Source of the DNA: an uncultured Vampirovibrio sp.
Lineage (GTDB): Bacteria; Cyanobacteriota; Vampirovibrionia; Gastranaerophilales; Gastranaerophilaceae
Assembly: GCA_910583725.1 (NCBI GenBank)
Contig: CAJTXZ010000011.1
Coordinates: 6,219 to 70,218 of the forward strand
Direction of reading: 5' to 3'
DNA: 64,000 nt
Below, piece after piece: positions 18,972-28,196 of this stretch. Position numbers and translations under genes: made by a program. The number at the start of each line of letters is the position of its first letter. Position 1 is the stretch's first letter. The notes below the pieces were generated by a model. The model was not told the origin of the DNA, did not search any database, and saw only the letters and a program-made list of their open reading frames with translations.

Positions 18972-20168
18972 CTACTTGTCATCAAGTGCTGCAACGCCAG
19001 GAAGCACTTTACCTTCAATGAATTCTAATGAAGCGCCGCCGCCTGTTGAAACATGGGTGAAATCAGCTGCTTTTGCGAATTTTTTTGCTGCAGAAACAGA
19101 GTCTCCGCCGCCTATAACAGAAGTTGCACCATCTTTTGTAGCCTCAACAATCGCTTTAAGCACAGCCTTTGTGCCTTCTGCAAATGCAGGGTTTTCAAAG
19201 GCGCCTACAGGGCCGTTCATAAGTATAGTTTTAGATGATTTTAAAACATCTGCAAATGCTTTTCTTGATTCCATGCCGGCATCTACGCCTTCAAAACCGT
19301 CAGGAATTTCATTAATTTTGACAAATTTATTTTCGCCGTTTCCTGAAAAATCATTGGTAACAAGTACATCGGTTGCCATAACAAGCTTAACACCTTTGTC
19401 TGCAGCTTTCTTTTCAATAGCTTTTGCAACATCAAGCTGGTCATCTTCGCATATTGAATTGCCGATTTTTCCGCCGTTTGCCTTTACAAATGTATAAGCC
19501 ATGCCGCCGCCTATAATGAGGTTATCAACCTTATCAATAAGATTTTCTAACACGCCGATTTTTGATGAAACCTTAGCACCGCCAACAACAGCAGTGAAAG
19601 GCCTTGCCGGGTTATCAAGCGCTTCTGATAAACATCTTAATTCTTTTTCCATCAAAAGGCCTGAAACAGCAGGTTTTAAAACTTTTGCAAGTTTTGCGGT
19701 TGATGTGTGGTTTCTGTGTGCTGCGCCAAATGCGTCATTAACATAAAAATCACCAAGCTTTGCCAATTGGTTTGCAAAGGTCATATCATCGTCTTTGGCT
19801 TCTTCTGCCTTGTAATATCTTATATTTTCAAGAAGGGCAACCTGTCCGTCCTTTAATTCGGCAACCATTTTTTCAGCATCTTCAACATCTGGAATGAACA
19901 TAACTTCTTCGCCCAAAACCTTTGATAAATATTTTGCAACAGGCGCAAGGGTAAATTCAGGATTCTTTTCGCCTTTCGGGCGGCCAAGATGAGCCATAAG
20001 AATGACTTTAGCGCCTTTGTCCTTTAAGAAGTTCAATGTCGGCATAATGGCCTGAATTCTTGTATCATCTGTTACATTTTTGTTTTCATCTAAAGGAACA
20101 TTGATATCAACCCTGACAAGAGCTTTTTTTCCTTTAATGTCACCTAAATCTTTGATTGATTTTTTCAT
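18972..20168 (-). CDS. pgk: phosphoglycerate kinase
   Basis: Full-length 398 aa with RVDINVPLD, HLGRPKG and GGGDS...STGGGASLE motifs. Confidence 0.95.
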   Translation of the reverse strand: MKKSIKDLGDIKGKKALVRVDINVPLDENKNVTDDTRIQAIMPTLNFLKDKGAKVILMAHLGRPKGEKNPEFTLAPVAKYLSKVLGEEVMFIPDVEDAEKMVAELKDGQVALLENIRYYKAEEAKDDDMTFANQLAKLGDFYVNDAFGAAHRNHTSTAKLAKVLKPAVSGLLMEKELRCLSEALDNPARPFTAVVGGAKVSSKIGVLENLIDKVDNLIIGGGMAYTFVKANGGKIGNSICEDDQLDVAKAIEKKAADKGVKLVMATDVLVTNDFSGNGENKFVKINEIPDGFEGVDAGMESRKAFADVLKSSKTILMNGPVGAFENPAFAEGTKAVLKAIVEATKDGATSVIGGGDSVSAAKKFAKAADFTHVSTGGGASLEFIEGKVLPGVAALDDK

Positions 20169-20349
20169 AAGTAATTACTCCTTTTTTATCCATTTATTTT
20201 TTATGGCTAATCTGGCTGGTTTCAGGCCTTGGCCTGCCCTAAAAGCATTATATTAAAAACACGCTTAATCTTCAATTTAAAATTTAGAAATAACTTATAA
20301 ACCGAAAAATGCCCGAGCTTCAACGACACTCAAGCCCTGCAAAAATTTA

Positions 20350-20384
20350 TTAAAAGGGCGGAACAAAACATCCCGCCCTTAATA
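20350..20384 (-). terminator. putative terminator after the 20406..20813 gene
   Basis: Stem AAGGGCGG (20354-61) / CCGCCCTT (20373-80); the T tract on the minus strand is weak. Confidence 0.45.
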
Positions 20385-20405
20385 ATGATTTTAAATTTGT
20401 CAACT

Positions 20406-20813
20406 CTATTTTGACATACCGGCAGCCATAGCGCCTATGAATATAAGAATTCCAAGGATAATACCAACAACAAAGCCAAGTATCATTAATACAAGTCCTG
20501 CTATCGCCCAGGTTTTTTGAACGCTTGTAAAATGTTCAACACTATCCCATTTTTTATTCTGCCATGCCCATTCGTTGCCTTTGATGCCAAACCATATAGA
20601 ACATCCTAACGGAATAACAAAACCTATAAAAGGAATAATGGAGAATAATGATGCAACAAATATTAAAAGTGTTATATATGTCTTGTTTCCAAGGCCCCAA
20701 ATCCAGTTTAACAAAAAGGCGCCCCAGTTAAATTCTTTTGCTATTGCTTCAGGTACGGCGGAACATTTGCCTTCGCCTGAATTGTTCATTAATTGTTGTG
20801 TTTCATCTGACAT
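20406..20813 (-). CDS. small integral membrane protein with an FNWGAF...WG...GNEWAW motif domain
   Basis: 135 aa with three hydrophobic segments. The motif block is shared with the C-terminal half of the adjacent upstream gene. Confidence 0.65.
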   Translation of the reverse strand: MSDETQQLMNNSGEGKCSAVPEAIAKEFNWGAFLLNWIWGLGNKTYITLLIFVASLFSIIPFIGFVIPLGCSIWFGIKGNEWAWQNKKWDSVEHFTSVQKTWAIAGLVLMILGFVVGIILGILIFIGAMAAGMSK

Positions 20814-20827
20814 AATTTTTTACCTTT

Positions 20828-22021
20828 CTATTTTTCCGTTGGTTTATAAAATTTATACGCTGATATTGCAGCCTTTAATGCCGTTTTAAAATCCACGTCC
20901 TTTGAATCAATTGATTTATCCCTGATGAATTCTCCAAGAAGTTCATTATTTTTTGTACTGTATATTTTAGTTTTTGGAAGCTCGGTCATTTTTGAATAAT
21001 GCCCATTTGGATTTTTCTTAAGTTTTTGCATAGCTGATGTAGTTGCAGCGTTTTCAAGCAAATCCCTCTTATCTCCAAAGGAATAACCGGCCCAATCACT
21101 TGGCAGCACATAAAATTTATTCTCATCTTCGCTGATTTCATATTTTTCAAAGTATATTGTTGAATAGAACGTTGTGAATTTTTCTGCAGCATTCATAAAC
21201 TTTACAGTAGCCTCGGGGTTCTTTCCGCTTACTGTATCTCCATCATTTGTGCCGCTAAAAGCAAATACTAAGCATAGGACAAAGGCTATGACCAAAAGAA
21301 CATATATCATTGGAAGGATTACAACTTTTAAAATGACAAAAATAATTGTCTGCAAATCTTGGCTTTTTTTGAATTTTTCATCACTTTCCCATTTTTTGCC
21401 TTTATATGCCCACTCATTTCCCTTGAGGCCGCAAACTACAGCATAATAAAGCCCTGCAGGAGTGAGCCCCAATAGAAGCATCCAAAGGGTTTTATATGAA
21501 CTGTTAAATAAACCCCAAAGCCATGTTCCAAAAAACGCGCCCCAATTGAAATCTTTAATAAAATCATAGGGCATTTTGCCCGTTACTTTTCCTTTTTTAA
21601 AGAATAAAACAAGGCTTATTACAGTATTTATTACAGCAAAAATGGCTAAAACAGCAATCGGCATAAAAAATATGCCAAACACTCCGCACAATAACAATAT
21701 GCTAAGTATTACGTTAATAACGTTATTTGCTTTGCCTAAAATATCATTTGTGCGCCTTATGATATTTGAAATTTTAGTGAACGAAAAAAAAGCAAGGGCC
21801 AAAATGTTCCATAACATAAGACCTAAAGGTAATTCACCGTATAATTTACCTATATCTAAAAGTTTTTCCAATGATTCAAGGTTTGAAAACAAATACCAGG
21901 TCACAGGAAGTGCTGCAAGCGAGGCTATGATATTGATATATGCAATATTAAGAAGATAATCTCTTCTTCCTATAACGCCATCAAAGCCAATAAATTTAGT
22001 ATTAAGCCTTAAACTATCCAC
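20828..22021 (-). CDS. multi-domain membrane protein (DUF805-like N-terminus, FNWGAF...GNEWAY domain, soluble C-terminal domain)
   Basis: GRRDYLLN resembles the DUF805 signature. The central block FNWGAFFGTWLWGLFNSSYKTLW...GLKGNEWAYKGKKWESDEKFKKSQ is paralogous to the 20406..20813 product. Confidence 0.65.
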   Translation of the reverse strand: MDSLRLNTKFIGFDGVIGRRDYLLNIAYINIIASLAALPVTWYLFSNLESLEKLLDIGKLYGELPLGLMLWNILALAFFSFTKISNIIRRTNDILGKANNVINVILSILLLCGVFGIFFMPIAVLAIFAVINTVISLVLFFKKGKVTGKMPYDFIKDFNWGAFFGTWLWGLFNSSYKTLWMLLLGLTPAGLYYAVVCGLKGNEWAYKGKKWESDEKFKKSQDLQTIIFVILKVVILPMIYVLLVIAFVLCLVFAFSGTNDGDTVSGKNPEATVKFMNAAEKFTTFYSTIYFEKYEISEDENKFYVLPSDWAGYSFGDKRDLLENAATTSAMQKLKKNPNGHYSKMTELPKTKIYSTKNNELLGEFIRDKSIDSKDVDFKTALKAAISAYKFYKPTEK

Positions 22022-22200
22022 TGTAAACTCCCGGGCCTTTCATAAAACGCATATATTAGTATTGACAATTCACTTGATTTTATAATATTTCAGGGTGTTT
22101 GTAAAGATTCAATAATGTCTATTTTATAAACATTGTAATGTTTTATTGAAAATGTATAATTATTGAGGTTGTTGTTAGGTAAATCAGGACATAAATTAAG

Positions 22201-23418
22201 ATGAAAATCAACTCTATCAGGAGCTGTGTAAATTTCACAGAGCCGCAAATTAAGATTTCTTACGGCAGAACTAATCTTTCTTTGCAAAAAAGTGTGGATA
22301 AAATGTTATTTTGGCCCAAAGATACAATAACATTTACGGCAAAATTGCAGCATTCTGATGCAAAACTTGAAGAATTTGCAGAATTTTCTGTGGATGAAGA
22401 TAATCTTTCAAATGAATTAAAACTATCAAACCTTGCAAGAAAGGGAGGAGTTAATACACCAAAAATCAACAAAGATGGCAGTTATAAAATTTATGGAAAA
22501 AATGCGAATGTACAGATAAATCCCATAGAAAAGGGGCATTTTAAAAATGTTTTGGATAATATTTTATTGATGGATAAAATTGGTCTGTACCATGGCGACT
22601 TGGAACAATGCCATGTTTTTTATTCCAAAGATTACAAAACAGAGTTTGATTGTTTTAGATTCGGATTCCTTTTTGATGAAGACCCTTCCCGCCTGTCATA
22701 CGAATTTCCAAAAAATATATACCCATCAAATGCTGTGCAATATGAGAATAATTGCCTTGGGCAGTATCTTGCCTCATTGTCGGATGATGAAAATAAAGAA
22801 TATTTCTTAAAACAATATCTTGAAACAAGCAGCGGCTTTCATAAAAACCGTGCAGAATTTTTGCAACGAACGGGCAAGGGAAGCGATAAAGAGATAAAAT
22901 ATGAAAAACTTCAGGCAGAATTATTTAAAAATCCCGGCAAAGAACTGGTAAATCTATATATGGACAGAATAGATTTTCAATATAAGCACAGAAAAATGTT
23001 TACAGAATGGGATGAAGGATTTGGCGCATGTGGCCACACGCCTGATGAATCAAGGACAACAAATGCTGTATTAATGTATTTTGGTGTTATTCAGGCAAAT
23101 ATTGAATATCTAAAAAATATTGAGAAAATGAAAGATACAACAAGTAGTCCCGAAGTTAAGGAATATTTAGAATACGAAAAACAATACGGCGAACATTGGC
23201 TGAAAAATCATAGTCAATCAATTGAAGGGATGAGCCTCTGGACATTAAACTCCGAAAATACTGTTAATAAATCGTACAAAAATGTTGAAGATGAAGAAAA
23301 ACAAAAACTTTCAGATTTATTTAAAGAATTTAATGATACAGAAACCTATGATGATAAGGCAGATGCTCTTCAAAAATGTTTTGAACAATATGCGGCAATA
23401 ATAAAGAAAAAGGCCTGA
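22201..23418 (+). CDS. hypothetical protein with a possible protein-kinase-like fold
   Basis: IGLYHGDLEQCHVFY resembles the HGDL...N catalytic loop of the APH/Kdo-kinase family, and EFDCFRFG could be the DFG-equivalent. The rest is unrecognised. Confidence 0.55.
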   Translation: MKINSIRSCVNFTEPQIKISYGRTNLSLQKSVDKMLFWPKDTITFTAKLQHSDAKLEEFAEFSVDEDNLSNELKLSNLARKGGVNTPKINKDGSYKIYGKNANVQINPIEKGHFKNVLDNILLMDKIGLYHGDLEQCHVFYSKDYKTEFDCFRFGFLFDEDPSRLSYEFPKNIYPSNAVQYENNCLGQYLASLSDDENKEYFLKQYLETSSGFHKNRAEFLQRTGKGSDKEIKYEKLQAELFKNPGKELVNLYMDRIDFQYKHRKMFTEWDEGFGACGHTPDESRTTNAVLMYFGVIQANIEYLKNIEKMKDTTSSPEVKEYLEYEKQYGEHWLKNHSQSIEGMSLWTLNSENTVNKSYKNVEDEEKQKLSDLFKEFNDTETYDDKADALQKCFEQYAAIIKKKA

Positions 23419-23471
23419 AAAATCTTCAAGCCTTAGAAACTTTCATTTCACTTTATAGAGGAGGAATTTTA

Positions 23472-23741
23472 TTATGACTGTATATCAATATTTCTAATTT
23501 CTTTTGAACCGTTTACAATTGTGCCCAGCTGCATTGCCTGCATATTAAGTCTTTGAATTTCAGCACCTACATTTCCTGAAAAAACGTTATCATTTGTTTT
23601 AAGGTAGTCAAGAACAGGCTCCCAGAGAGTGCCTATAGCATTTTCTACACTCTTTGCAGTAGCGTCTGTGAAGTTTGCAACTTGTTGTTTATTTGGGATT
23701 ACGTTAAAACCAAAAGATTTTATGTTAAATTCGCTGACCAT
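23472..23741 (-). CDS. small hypothetical protein
   Basis: 89 aa; AAAGGAAA RBS about 8 nt upstream of the ATG on the minus strand. Confidence 0.5.
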   Translation of the reverse strand: MVSEFNIKSFGFNVIPNKQQVANFTDATAKSVENAIGTLWEPVLDYLKTNDNVFSGNVGAEIQRLNMQAMQLGTIVNGSKEIRNIDIQS

Positions 23742-23988
23742 TTTATTTTCCTTTGAGTATCCTTATATTATTTATTTCGTACCTAACCGCATAAAACTTT
23801 AATGATTGAGTCCCATTTGTAAAGAAAAATTTACAAAATTTAAAAAATGCTGTATAATTGATTTAATGAGAGTTTTCATGTACTGGCAATTGTAAACTTT
23901 TGTTAATATTTACTAAATAATTAGCACTTTTTATTTTTACATGTCTTATAGAAAGAGTGAAGGTTAAAATCACCGAAAGGTTAAATAA

Positions 23989-24303
23989 ATGGATTTTAAA
24001 AATCTGAAATTTGTTAAAACAATTAAAAATTTAAGCCCTAAAATTAAGTGGTTTATGTTCAATAGCATCCAAGATTACAAAATCGGTTCTAAATACATAG
24101 ACTACTTAATTCCCGATGAAAAAAAGGGTATTGAAAAAGATAACGAAAGGCTTGAAAATATGGTGAAAGAAACTCTTATAAAAGAATTCGGCCCCGGGGT
24201 AAAAGATTTAAAATCCTATAATCTCTTGGTGGATGCGGTTGTTCACAATTTAAAGAAAAAACAATTAAAAAGTCTTGATGATAAAAATCTTGAAGATATC
24301 TAA
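23989..24303 (+). CDS. small hypothetical protein
   Basis: 104 aa, GAAAGG RBS, immediately upstream of the glycosyltransferase gene on the same strand. Confidence 0.5.
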   Translation: MDFKNLKFVKTIKNLSPKIKWFMFNSIQDYKIGSKYIDYLIPDEKKGIEKDNERLENMVKETLIKEFGPGVKDLKSYNLLVDAVVHNLKKKQLKSLDDKNLEDI

Positions 24304-24325
24304 GGTTTTGATTATTATTTAGATA

Positions 24326-25396
24326 ATGGAAACTGAAAGAAAAATTTTAATTATAAGGCTGAGTGCGATTGGAGATATCGTGCACAGCCTTACTATTGCA
24401 CACTGCTTAAGGCATTTTTATCCGAATGCACAAATAGATTGGGTTGTATCCGACAAATGCAGAGGAATTATTGAGAATAATCCGCTTTTAGACAATGTAT
24501 ATGTTGCAAATGTTTCAAAGTGGCGCAAAAACTGGCTTTTGAATCTTCCTGAAATAATAAGATTCGGCAGAATGCTTCAAAAAAATAATTATGATTTTGC
24601 AATTGATGCGCAGGGTCTGTTTAAAAGCGCTGTAATTACGGCAATTTCTGGCGCCAAGACAAAAATCGGGCTTGCTGACGGACGAGAATTTTCAACCCTT
24701 GTTTTGGATAAAAAAATTGAACCAAAAGAAAGACGCCCGTTTAAAAATCATCATATCATACATAGAAACCTCGATATATTGACAGGTTCGGGCCTTATTT
24801 CAGAAGATGATATGAAAAATTATGAGCCGAAAGCATCATTGCCGTTACCAAGCAAAGAAACTGTTGAAAAAATTGACACATTACTTTCAAATGTTGATAA
24901 ATCAAAGCCAAATTTTGTTTACGCGCCTGCAACAATGTGGAAGAATAAGCATTGGGATGTGAAAGAATGGCAAAAGCTTTTTAATTTGACTAAAGATAAG
25001 GCAAATATTATATTCACAGGCGTTCAAAATGACCTGCCTTTGATTAACTCCATCACACAAGGGCAGAGCGTTTTTATTCTTGCAGGTAAAACCTCAATGA
25101 GTGAATATATTGAGGTTTTAAGACGTGCAGATTTAATAATAAGCCCTGATTCAGGTGCTTCGCACCTGGGTTTTGCAGTTATACAAAACAACAAGCCTAA
25201 GATTTTTACCCTGTTTTTTGCAACATCAAAAAATGTATACACGCCCTTAGGGAAATTTAACAAGGCTTTTCCCATAAATGAGCCTGTGTGCACTCCCTGT
25301 CATAAAAGAAAATGCAGAAAAAAAACAATGGAATGTACAAAATATATTAAGGCAGAGGAAGTATATTCAGCCATCAATGAATTTTTTGATGTATAA
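24326..25396 (+). CDS. glycosyltransferase family 9 (LPS heptosyltransferase-like)
   Basis: N-terminal ILIIRLSAIGDIVHSL signature, a later PDSGASHLG motif, and 356-aa length typical of WaaC/WaaF-type enzymes. Confidence 0.8.
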   Translation: METERKILIIRLSAIGDIVHSLTIAHCLRHFYPNAQIDWVVSDKCRGIIENNPLLDNVYVANVSKWRKNWLLNLPEIIRFGRMLQKNNYDFAIDAQGLFKSAVITAISGAKTKIGLADGREFSTLVLDKKIEPKERRPFKNHHIIHRNLDILTGSGLISEDDMKNYEPKASLPLPSKETVEKIDTLLSNVDKSKPNFVYAPATMWKNKHWDVKEWQKLFNLTKDKANIIFTGVQNDLPLINSITQGQSVFILAGKTSMSEYIEVLRRADLIISPDSGASHLGFAVIQNNKPKIFTLFFATSKNVYTPLGKFNKAFPINEPVCTPCHKRKCRKKTMECTKYIKAEEVYSAINEFFDV

Positions 25397-25410
25397 ATTT
25401 CTGGCATGAC

Positions 25411-25440
25411 TTGAAAAGTAATAAAAAAAAGTTGTATAAT
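25411..25440 (+). promoter_or_regulatory. sigma-70-like promoter (TTGAAA-18-TATAAT) ending 7 nt before the ATG
   Basis: TTGAAA at 25411-16 and TATAAT at 25435-40. The ATG of the GGDEF/HD-GYP gene is at 25448. Confidence 0.4.
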
Positions 25441-25447
25441 AGAGGGC

Positions 25448-27361
25448 ATGGGACTTTTTGATTGGATTAAAAATTCCGGCGAAAAATTAAGACGGGTTGA
25501 AGATAAAATATATCAACAAAGGACTGATTTTGTTGAGATTTATCAGCGTAATCTTGCTCTTGAAAAAGAGATTACGCAAAGAACAGAAGAATTACATAAA
25601 GCAAATCAAACCCTGTTAACACTTGAACATGTTTGGGATATGATGAATTCTTCAAGGCCGTTATCAAGTGTTTTAGAAACAATAGTTTCAAGCCTCCATG
25701 GAGAATTTCAATATTTATACAGCTGTATTATGCAAAAACAGCTTGATTCAGATGGTGAATTTTTTGCCTTTAAAACCTATCTGCAAAATGATTTTTTAAT
25801 GAAGTTTGACGATTGCACAAAGACATCCCTTTTTGAAACAAGAATTAATATTCAAAAAGATTCTCCTATTTATGAAGCAATTGAAAACAAAAAATTTACA
25901 TATTTTCCTATAAATGAAGATTTTTTTAAGCTTCTTTTTAATGATAATTATTTTCCTGAGAAGATTAATGAATTAAAGATTTCTACACTTGTAAAATCTT
26001 TTCTTGTAGTACCCATAGTTTCAAAAGAATTTACAGGTTTTCTTGCGGTATTTTCGCCAAGAGAGGAGCCAAAGGAATCAGAAGTTAATTTTTTGAATTT
26101 GTTTGCACGGCAGATTGAGCTTGCAATAACTATAGCAAACCTTTTTGAAACAGTAAAAAAACAAGCTGTTACTGATTCTCTGACAGAATTATTTAACAGA
26201 AGATTCTACGAAGACGCTCTTGCAAGGGAAGCAAAGCGCGCATTGAGGCTTAACCAGCCATTTACTTTAATATCGCTTGATTTAGATAAATTAAAACATA
26301 TTAATGATATGTACGGTCATACGGCTGGTGATATTGCAATTAAAACTGTTGCCAAAGTTATAACAAAAAGCTCAAGATCTGTTGATGTACCATCAAGAGT
26401 TGGCGGGGAAGAATTTACAATAATTCTTCCCGGTATTGATTCACAGGGCGGCCTTATAGCTGCAGAAAGAATAAGAGCTTCGCTTGAGAATGAACATGTT
26501 GAAATAGTTGGCAAAATCACTGCAAGCATTGGCGTTGCAACGTTTATAGAGCAAACCTCAAATCTTGATGAGCTAATTGAAATGGCCGATAAAGCTATGT
26601 ATTTTGCAAAACAAAATGGCAGAAACCAGGTAAAACTTGCTGATATTCCAAACGAAATATCCTGGCAGCAGGTTGCAGTTGATGCGTTTGTTCAAATTCT
26701 TGATAATCATAAAATTCCATTTAATGCCTCTCTTGCTGAGGATTTGTCCAAAAAACTCCAAACAAAGCAGGAAAAGCAGAACGGTACTTCGACAAAAGAT
26801 TTGCTGTATGGTGTTGTGGATAGCATATCCAAAAGCTATGCTTCCCAATATCAGGAAGGCACAACAAAGGCTAAAGTTCAATTGGCAAGCACTATTGCAA
26901 AGAAATTTGATTTATCCAAGGCTGATGTGGATAAATTAAAGATTGCAATGTTATTGTATGATATAGGCAACATAATGCTTCCAAATGACCTTTTGAAAAA
27001 AACATCCCCACTAACAGAAGAAGAAAAAGAAACCATAACAAAACACCCCATTTATGCGGCACAACAAATTCTAAAACCCATAAGTCATGTTTCAAACATC
27101 ATTCCAATAATTGAGCACCACCATGAAGCTTGGGATGGAAGCGGTTATCCAAGTAAGAAAAAAGGGGATGACATTCCATTAATTTCACAGATAATTCTTA
27201 TTGTGGATTCTTATTTTGCAATGATTTCAGACAGGCCCTACAGAAAGGCTTATTCTGAAAATGAAGCAGTTGAAGAAATAAAAAAATTAAGAGGCAAAAA
27301 ATACTCAGAAGAATTAACCGATGAATTTGTACACTCAATAGAAGACTTAAAAAGGATGTAA
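25448..27361 (+). CDS. GGDEF diguanylate cyclase fused to a C-terminal HD-GYP phosphodiesterase domain
   Basis: Coiled-coil and sensor-like N-terminal region. GGDEF domain with RVGGEEF and an upstream RSVD I-site-like motif. C-terminal YDIGNI...HHEAWDGSGYP. Confidence 0.85.
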   Translation: MGLFDWIKNSGEKLRRVEDKIYQQRTDFVEIYQRNLALEKEITQRTEELHKANQTLLTLEHVWDMMNSSRPLSSVLETIVSSLHGEFQYLYSCIMQKQLDSDGEFFAFKTYLQNDFLMKFDDCTKTSLFETRINIQKDSPIYEAIENKKFTYFPINEDFFKLLFNDNYFPEKINELKISTLVKSFLVVPIVSKEFTGFLAVFSPREEPKESEVNFLNLFARQIELAITIANLFETVKKQAVTDSLTELFNRRFYEDALAREAKRALRLNQPFTLISLDLDKLKHINDMYGHTAGDIAIKTVAKVITKSSRSVDVPSRVGGEEFTIILPGIDSQGGLIAAERIRASLENEHVEIVGKITASIGVATFIEQTSNLDELIEMADKAMYFAKQNGRNQVKLADIPNEISWQQVAVDAFVQILDNHKIPFNASLAEDLSKKLQTKQEKQNGTSTKDLLYGVVDSISKSYASQYQEGTTKAKVQLASTIAKKFDLSKADVDKLKIAMLLYDIGNIMLPNDLLKKTSPLTEEEKETITKHPIYAAQQILKPISHVSNIIPIIEHHHEAWDGSGYPSKKKGDDIPLISQIILIVDSYFAMISDRPYRKAYSENEAVEEIKKLRGKKYSEELTDEFVHSIEDLKRM

Positions 27362-27364
27362 ACT

Positions 27365-27577
27365 TTGAAAAAATTCATTACGGTTTGTTTTTTACTATGT
27401 ATATTGTTTATTCAAAATACAGCCATTGCAGAGACTGTTTATTTTAATCTGCAAACCTTAAAATACCATAAATTAGGCTGCACCTATGCTAAAAAATGCA
27501 CAAAAAACTGTATCAAAATAGAAAAACAAGAAGCAAAATCAAGAGGCGGTGCGCCTTGTAAAGTATGCGGCGGATAA
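27365..27577 (+). CDS. small secreted Cys-rich protein (Ada-type Zn-binding-like motif)
   Basis: TTG start and a signal peptide ending AIA. YH..GC...C...PCKVCGG layout resembles Ada N-terminal/'sunset'-type metal-binding modules. Confidence 0.5.
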   Translation: MKKFITVCFLLCILFIQNTAIAETVYFNLQTLKYHKLGCTYAKKCTKNCIKIEKQEAKSRGGAPCKVCGG

Positions 27578-27592
27578 GAAAAGGAGATAAAT

Positions 27593-28069
27593 ATGTATTG
27601 TCCAAAATGCGGTAATGAAACAAATAAAGACGACTCTTATTGTAAATCCTGCGGAGAGCAAGTAAATCCAAAAGACGCTCCACTGTTTGATTTTGAGCCC
27701 AAAAAAACCGGAGTGCAGGCGCTTTTATTGTATCTTGCCTTTAGCGTAATCCAAATTCTCATCTTAACATTCATATCTTTTGTGCTTATGGGTATTTTTG
27801 AAGCAAAAGGCATGAGTATTGGTTCTATGGAATATAAAGAATCAGCCAAGAAAATGCACCTGTTCTTTAATTCCTTCTCAACCTGCGTTCTTTGCGTTAT
27901 GATAATGGGCGCAAAAAATCTATTTAGAGAAAACAAGCCCTATTTTATGATGATTCTTGGCATAATTTGTTCCATACTCTATGGTGGAGTTGTAGGCTTT
28001 GTGTTCCCCGCCTTCATGACAAGGTTTAAACCGGTGGAAATGGACTCTACATCAGCCACACAGCCTTAA
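27593..28069 (+). CDS. zinc-ribbon membrane protein
   Basis: N-terminal CPKCG...CKSCG zinc ribbon followed by four hydrophobic segments. GGAG RBS. Confidence 0.65.
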   Translation: MYCPKCGNETNKDDSYCKSCGEQVNPKDAPLFDFEPKKTGVQALLLYLAFSVIQILILTFISFVLMGIFEAKGMSIGSMEYKESAKKMHLFFNSFSTCVLCVMIMGAKNLFRENKPYFMMILGIICSILYGGVVGFVFPAFMTRFKPVEMDSTSATQP

Positions 28070-28090
28070 TTCAAATTTACTCAAAACAAT

Positions 28091-28125
28091 AAAGATGGCT
28101 TAAAAACAGGCCATCTTTTATTTTC
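28091..28125 (+). terminator. intrinsic terminator
   Basis: aaagatggc / gccatcttt stem followed by a T-rich tract, about 20 nt after the stop of the 27593..28069 gene. Confidence 0.5.
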
Positions 28126-28196
28126 TTTGAATTTTTATAATACAAACTGTTTGCGAAAAAGCATCATATATGGCTATATATGAATTTAGAAACGGT

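Noticed and set aside
22062-22086. TTGACA ... TATAAT pair upstream of the 22201 gene
   Set aside because: The spacer is only 13 nt, too short for a functional sigma-70 promoter as drawn.
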